Origin: Hormiphora californensis
Lineage: Eukaryota; Animalia; Ctenophora
Length of the DNA: 64,000 nt
Assembly (NCBI GenBank): GCA_020137815.1
Contig: CM035352.1
Location: forward strand, 5,642,001 to 5,706,000
Direction: 5' to 3'
Shown in pieces: positions 58,511 to 64,000 of this stretch. The position numbers were made by a program, and so were the translations under genes. The notes beneath the pieces are model-generated. The model was not told where the DNA came from. It saw nothing but the letters and a program-made list of their open reading frames with translations, and searched no databases. Numbering within the stretch: position 1 is the first letter of the stretch; every line of letters starts with the position of its first letter.

Positions 58511-61500
58511 ATGGCGGACGGAAAGGTATTTGTGAGGTTTGTCAGTTCAGAGGGAGTTGAAAGTGGAGCTCCATTAGAGATACCCCTTGGAGTATGTGCT
58601 GCACAGTTGCAGGTGGGTCTTTCATCATTTTACCACAATCTTGTTCCGGCATCCCCCATGTATAGAGGGCTAGTTAAAACTAATTAAATACTCCTTTTTG
58701 TAAGGGCTACTGGCTAGTTAATTACCCACAGGTGATAGTTAAATCATTGTTTTTACAGGTGATAGTTAACGCACTACTGAACACAACAGAGAAGTACCAG
58801 TTTCATGTCAGTGAGTACGAGGTAACGGATACCCTTGAAAAGACGCTCAGTCTACAAAGTGATACCATCTCCACTGAGAAGGCCATCGAGATCAGATATG
58901 AACCACAGGTTAGACCAATACTAATTGATAATACACAGGAACCTTATTTAGATAAACTAGCGCACCCACTGGGTGCGCCTCAAGGAAGGGTTTTTGATAA
59001 CCCACCCGGCTTCGCCGGGTGGTTCTTTCACTTTCAACGTCAATAACACGGTTGCCATGGCAACTGAATTGGTAACTATGGGGACTGGCCTGTTAAAAGT
59101 CATTCGAAATATTAAGAAGCTTCCACTGGAAGTTCCAAAAGTGTGAACAGCAGCTTTACAGCTTTGTGCCTATAAAGTGTTTTATGAAGGAGCACCGTCT
59201 CCTAACAACGCACTGAACGAACGACCATCACGACGTCGTTCATCTCCAAATTATAATAGAGATTGCTGTGTTGATGCGACAATCTTGGAAGAGATGCTAA
59301 AGAAGCGGGAGACAAGATACAAAGAGTTATATGAAAATATTGTCTCCACATCTGATGCATTGCTTCAAAGACACTTGGAACAGGCCCGGGAGGAGGGAGC
59401 ATCTAGTTGGCTAACAGCACTGCCACTATCACAGTACGACTTTGTTCTTAACAAAGGAGAGTTTAGGGATGGTCTGTTGTTGAGATACGGGAAACCTCTA
59501 CCACGGATGCCTGAAAAATGTGTGTGTGGGGAGGATGGGACGCCTACCCATTTAATCAATTGTGGTAGAGGAGGGTATGTAATCTACAGGCACAACAAAT
59601 TGTGCAACCTCTTAGCTGACCAACTTACAACCGTGTGCAATGACGTAGAGAGGGAGCCGGACCTTCAAGCTGTTGATGGAGAAAGTTTCACCACAAGGAC
59701 AACGGCGACGGAAGATTCGGCGAAACCTGACATTAAGGCTCACGGATTTTATCGTGATGGACAGAATGCATTTTTTGATGTGCAGCTTATTAATCCGAAC
59801 TCTAAAAGCTACATAACTAAATGTAAAAGTGCAAAGAAGGTTTTTACATATCTTGAATCTAAGAAAAGGTGTAAATATAATGAGAGAATTTTAAATGTCG
59901 AAAGAGGCACTTTTACCCCTTTAATTTTTTCAATAACAGGAGGCTATGGACCTGAATGCAAGACTTTTTTAAAACTTTTATGTAACAAGATTTGTAATAA
60001 GAAGAATGAGAATTTTAATGATGTTATTAGCTTTTTAAGAGTGAGACTCTCCTTTATCATTTTAAAATTGAGCCTTTTATGTATACGTGGGTCAAGAAAC
60101 AGCAGGACAATGAAAGATTATAATGTTGATGATTTTACCTATGCTTTTAATAATATAAAATTGTAAATTGCCATTGTAAATACCATTGTGTATATATTTT
60201 TAATTGTTTTTCCAAAAAAATTATAATAGAGATACGATAGTATGCCATGTACACTACATGAACCTCCTGACTCACATGAAACCCCTGATTACAGTATGTA
60301 CCGGTATGTACATTTTACAGTAGATACAAAAATCTTACTTACTCCTGATTACAGGCGGTGTTCCGTGTGCGAGCTGTTACAAGGTGTTCCTCAACTGTAC
60401 CGGGGCACGCAGAGGCCCTAATCAACGCTTCATTTAGTCACGATGGAACACAGCTTGCCTCCGGATCAGGGGATGCTACTGTCAGGTATGTGTAGCACGC
60501 TCTGTGTAGTGACTAGTTGCCAAGTTAGACAGTTATTATTTAAAAAAAACAAGTGACTAGTGAGGGTTTGGATAGCAAATTTTATAATGTCTTTAGAAAG
60601 ATACTTTTGATATCGTTGATATAGGTTGTGTGAATAGTGGTGTAGCTCCTTAACTATTTGTGTATAAATGAATCATTCCTGTCAGGTTTTGGGATCTAAC
60701 TACAGAGAGTCCCCTACACGTCTGTAAAGGACACAAACAGTGGGTTCTTGTCACGGCTTGGCACCCTTCTGGACAATTCCTTGCATCTGGATGTAAAAAA
60801 GGTGGGTTAAAATTACATATTTTAGATTTAGATTAGGGTCATTCTTGGTAAAATTCTGAATGATAAGACAGGTGGACAGATAATAAACTGCTAAATAAAG
60901 AAGCTAACAGATAATATTTTTAGGTGATGTGTGTGTGTGGGATCCCAAGACAGGGAAACAGAAGGGGAAGGTGCTTAGTGGACACAAGAAGTATGTAGGA
61001 ACCCTGGCGTGGCAGCCATTACACTGTGCAACAGAGAATGGAACATTCCTAGCTAGTGGCAGCAAGGACAACACAATCAAGGTATAATGTCTGCCCTTGT
61101 TTACAGAAAGTATTGTAACAGCATGGGGACAATAATCCCATTATGTTGGTTACGAAGTCACCCATTTACGCCCACTGTGTTGTTCGCACGGAACCCAATA
61201 TGGTACCGAGCAGTGCTATAACTCTCCTGTCCCTAAATCGGGGTGCCACTAAATCGGGGGCCCCTATATCGGGGTCCGACTGTATAACTCTCCATGATCC
61301 CCCAGATATGGGAGATAACTAGAGGGCAGTGCACTGTGACCTTGTCCAGCCACACCCAGGGGATTACTGCCATTCGATGGTCAGGGGACAACCTTATCTA
61401 CAGCGCCTCACAGGACAGAACCATCAAGGTAACCAGACTTGAAATATCATCCGAATTTATCAAACATGCACTATCTTTCCACTATCTTTATAGTGAGCAC

Positions 61501-62575
61501 CCTCTCTTTCTTTCATCAGATACATCTATTTAAAGTAACAGGGACCCCTGTAACATACTTTTTACCCAATATACCCTCTCACTAGGTATGGAGACCAAAG
61601 GACGGTGTATTGTGCAGGACACTACAGGGACACGCACATTGGGTCAACACTATGGCACTAAGTACTGACTACGCCATCAGGATAGGCAGTTGGGACCCGT
61701 CACTACAAGGTAAGCAGGGTACCTCTCTGTTGTACCACAAACTAATGGTTGGATGTATTGGCCAGGTTCAATATACAGTTCCCACTCTCAGGTACAGGTA
61801 ACCCGGCATCTACGGATGCTCTGACTGTTTACAAGAAGTTTGCTGGTGCAGGAGAGGAATTCATGGTGTCGGGTTCAGATGACTTCACCTTGTTTCTGTG
61901 GAGTCCCTCTAAGAGCAATAAACCAATCTGCAGAATGACAGGACATCAACAGCTCATCAATCAGGTAATAGGGGTTAATAGGATCTGTATTTCTTGTTTG
62001 TGGTGTTATCTGTGAAATTGTAAAATTATTTTGCATCCAATTTTACCACAACTAATATGTCTTCACCAGGTTATGTTTTCCCCTAACGGCAAGAGGATAG
62101 CCTCGGCTAGTTTTGACAAGTCTGTGAAGGTGTGGGAGGGTAAGACAGGAAAGTATATCTCCACTCTCCGTGGTCATGTTAAGGCTGTGTACCAAGTTAG
62201 TTGGAGTGCAGACAACAAACTACTGGTTTCCGGGTCTTCAGACAGTACTGTAAAGGTTAGTGTGAAGTGCGGGGTAGCATTGTAACATGAGTATTGGATG
62301 GGTGGTATGTTGAGTAGCGAGTATTTCCTTCCCATTAGTAATGACGTGTTATTACTAATGGGGAAGAAATTATGATGTCAAGACGTGTTATTAATTTGGT
62401 AGAGTTGACCCCCTCATCCTAACCCCCATCCCAGGTTTGGTGCATGAAAACCTTTACTCTGCTTCAAGATCTGCCCGGCCACGCTGATGAGGTGTATACT
62501 GTTGATTGGAGTCCCTGTGGGTCACGGGTTGTTAGTGGGGGCAAGGACAAAGTCCTCAAAATATGGAGATCCTAG
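58511..62575 (+). CDS. NLE1: Notchless homolog 1 (NLE domain + WD40 repeats), multi-exon
   Basis: EIRYEPQ|AVFRVRAVTRCSSTVPGHAEA, LASGSGDATVR|FWDLTTESP, TLQGHAHWVNTMALSTDY, VSGSDDFTLFLW, RMTGHQQLINQV, DLPGHADEVYTVDWSP. Confidence 0.95.
58957..59262 (-). mobile_element. Non-autonomous Helitron (second copy) in NLE1 intron
   Basis: CTAG plus hairpin at 58957; TC 5' end at 59262, duplicated at 60232. Confidence 0.8.
59264..60217 (+). mobile_element. 5'-truncated CRE-like non-LTR retrotransposon (zinc finger + restriction-like endonuclease) with 16-bp TSD
   Basis: GASSWLTALP, EFRDGLLLRY, CVCG..H..C..GG..RHN, KPDI..FFDV, E.KKR.KY, FTPLIFSITGG; TSD aaattataatagagat at 59248-59263 and 60218-60233; short A tail. 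Confidence 0.8.
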
Positions 62576-62724
62576 TCGTGAGAGAGGGTTGGATTTTTTA
62601 TTAACTTATTTTCCTGTAATACCGTTCTTAAATTATTTCTTTTAGTAGATCCCCTTGTTTGTATTGCAGTCCTAAAAATAATCGTGTTCCCCAGGGTACA
62701 CTAACAATCTCTTCTTCTCTCAGG

Positions 62725-64000
62725 ATGGCCCTACGTCCACCCAGCCACTTTACTCCTCCCTCCCACCGCTCCTTGGAAACCCAAACTGATCATCTTCTCT
62801 CCACCCAATGCTCTTCACAAACCCCTCTATGTTCCACTAACTGCAGCACCTCTCAGACAGAGACGCCTTCTCAAACCAGTTCCTGTCAAACAGACACCAG
62901 TCCATTGACCATCTTCACAGAGACAGGAACACAGGTGGGATACAACAGAGAAACACTAAACTGTGGTACTGAGACAGAGCCTGATAAGACAGGGTTACTG
63001 GAGGAGTTAGCGAGCAAGTTGAGAGGAGAGATCGGATCATTGATCAGCAGCAAAACAAAAGAGAAGGAACCAGTTATAACTGCAGTTAACGATCAGCAAG
63101 ATGAAGTTGAGAAGTTGACGAAGATGATTGGGATTCTTGAGACAAGGTTACAATGGCAGGAAGAGGCTATTGAACTACAGGAGAAGGCACTGGGTGAGGG
63201 GAGTGGAGGAGGTAAAGTTATAGCAGCGTGGCGACACAAAGTCCTTCAGATGCTATTGAGTAAGGCTATGGAAGATATCGGGGAGGAACGGGAGGTTCTT
63301 CACCTTCAGTCTCGAGTAGGGGAGCTGGAGGGAGCCCTGGTTAGCTCCCAAAATGAGGTTCAGCTACTGAAATGTCGGGTAGGAGATATACAGGGTGCTG
63401 TTAGAATGAAGGAACATGTAATTGAGACAATGGAGGGGGAAGTTCATCGACTTCACAGGGCTGAGGAGAGATGCCGAGAATTGGAGGAGTTTGTTAAATC
63501 CACTATTGAGAGGATTGGGAACTCAGTTCAGGGGTTAGAAATGGGAAGTGAGGTTGAGGAGTTACTAGGAGGTTACGAGGACCAGATTGATTGCCTAAAC
63601 TCGAAAGTGATACTTCTACAATCAGTGATAACTGAGAAAGAGAACTTTTTCTCCTCTAAATTAGAATCCCTTCTTCACCAGATGAGTCCTACAAAACCTG
63701 CAGTTCACAGTTCAGATACCCAGACCCAACCTCCATCCCCTGGACACAACCAAGAGTGCCAAACAGAGGCCCCTGATTTGAGGGATCGTGTAAAGGACCT
63801 GGAGGGTCAGATACCCGCTTTAGTGAAGGAGAAAACAGTCCTCGCTGCTCGGTGTGCTGAGTTACAATCTGAGTGTCAGGATGTGGGAGATCGGGTCACA
63901 TTGTTACAGGATCAGATAGCCGCTATGAATGTGAGACATACTCAGGAGCTGGCTGAATTACAGAAACGGGAGAGCAAGGCAGCAATTAGGGCTAAACAAC
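62725..64000 (+). CDS. CCHCR1: Coiled-coil alpha-helical rod protein 1-like, runs off the window
   Basis: N-terminal LRPPSHF; IELQEKAL...WRHKVLQMLL resembles the CCHCR1 LQE..L..WREKVFALM motif; long heptad-rich open frame. Confidence 0.65.
   Translation, partial: MALRPPSHFTPPSHRSLETQTDHLLSTQCSSQTPLCSTNCSTSQTETPSQTSSCQTDTSPLTIFTETGTQVGYNRETLNCGTETEPDKTGLLEELASKLRGEIGSLISSKTKEKEPVITAVNDQQDEVEKLTKMIGILETRLQWQEEAIELQEKALGEGSGGGKVIAAWRHKVLQMLLSKAMEDIGEEREVLHLQSRVGELEGALVSSQNEVQLLKCRVGDIQGAVRMKEHVIETMEGEVHRLHRAEERCRELEEFVKSTIERIGNSVQGLEMGSEVEELLGGYEDQIDCLNSKVILLQSVITEKENFFSSKLESLLHQMSPTKPAVHSSDTQTQPPSPGHNQECQTEAPDLRDRVKDLEGQIPALVKEKTVLAARCAELQSECQDVGDRVTLLQDQIAAMNVRHTQELAELQKRESKAAIRAKQ

Noticed and set aside
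59177-59263. N-terminus of the 329-aa ORF
   Set aside because: Read-through from Helitron sequence; the retroelement begins after the TSD.

Overview
Intron-rich eukaryotic (animal) genomic DNA. A ctenophore-like non-bilaterian origin is an inference from short introns, very short intergenic gaps, unpaired splice acceptors before start codons and divergent GPCRs. Bases 1-35 kb are gene-dense: a spliced rhodopsin-type GPCR, a B-box/coiled-coil/NHL (TRIM-NHL) gene carrying a Penelope retroelement with a hammerhead ribozyme, POLDIP2, RMI1, a claudin-like gene, UBL7, and three tandem PRDM9-like genes. The PRDM9-like genes have a putative ancestral KRAB, SSXRD-like motif, zinc knuckle, PR/SET with the three catalytic tyrosines, a post-SET finger and eight C2H2-type fingers. 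Their zinc fingers differ mainly at the DNA-recognition helices; this is the most striking system in the window. Bases 35-57 kb are a nested transposon cluster: an L2 LINE, a GGAA satellite, a decayed CR1 interrupted by an intact Ingi-like LINE with a 2A peptide, MITEs and a Helitron. Bases 57-64 kb hold an intronless GPCR, NLE1 (with a Helitron plus a CRE-type retroelement in an intron) and the start of CCHCR1. All exon assemblies and family assignments were made by eye.
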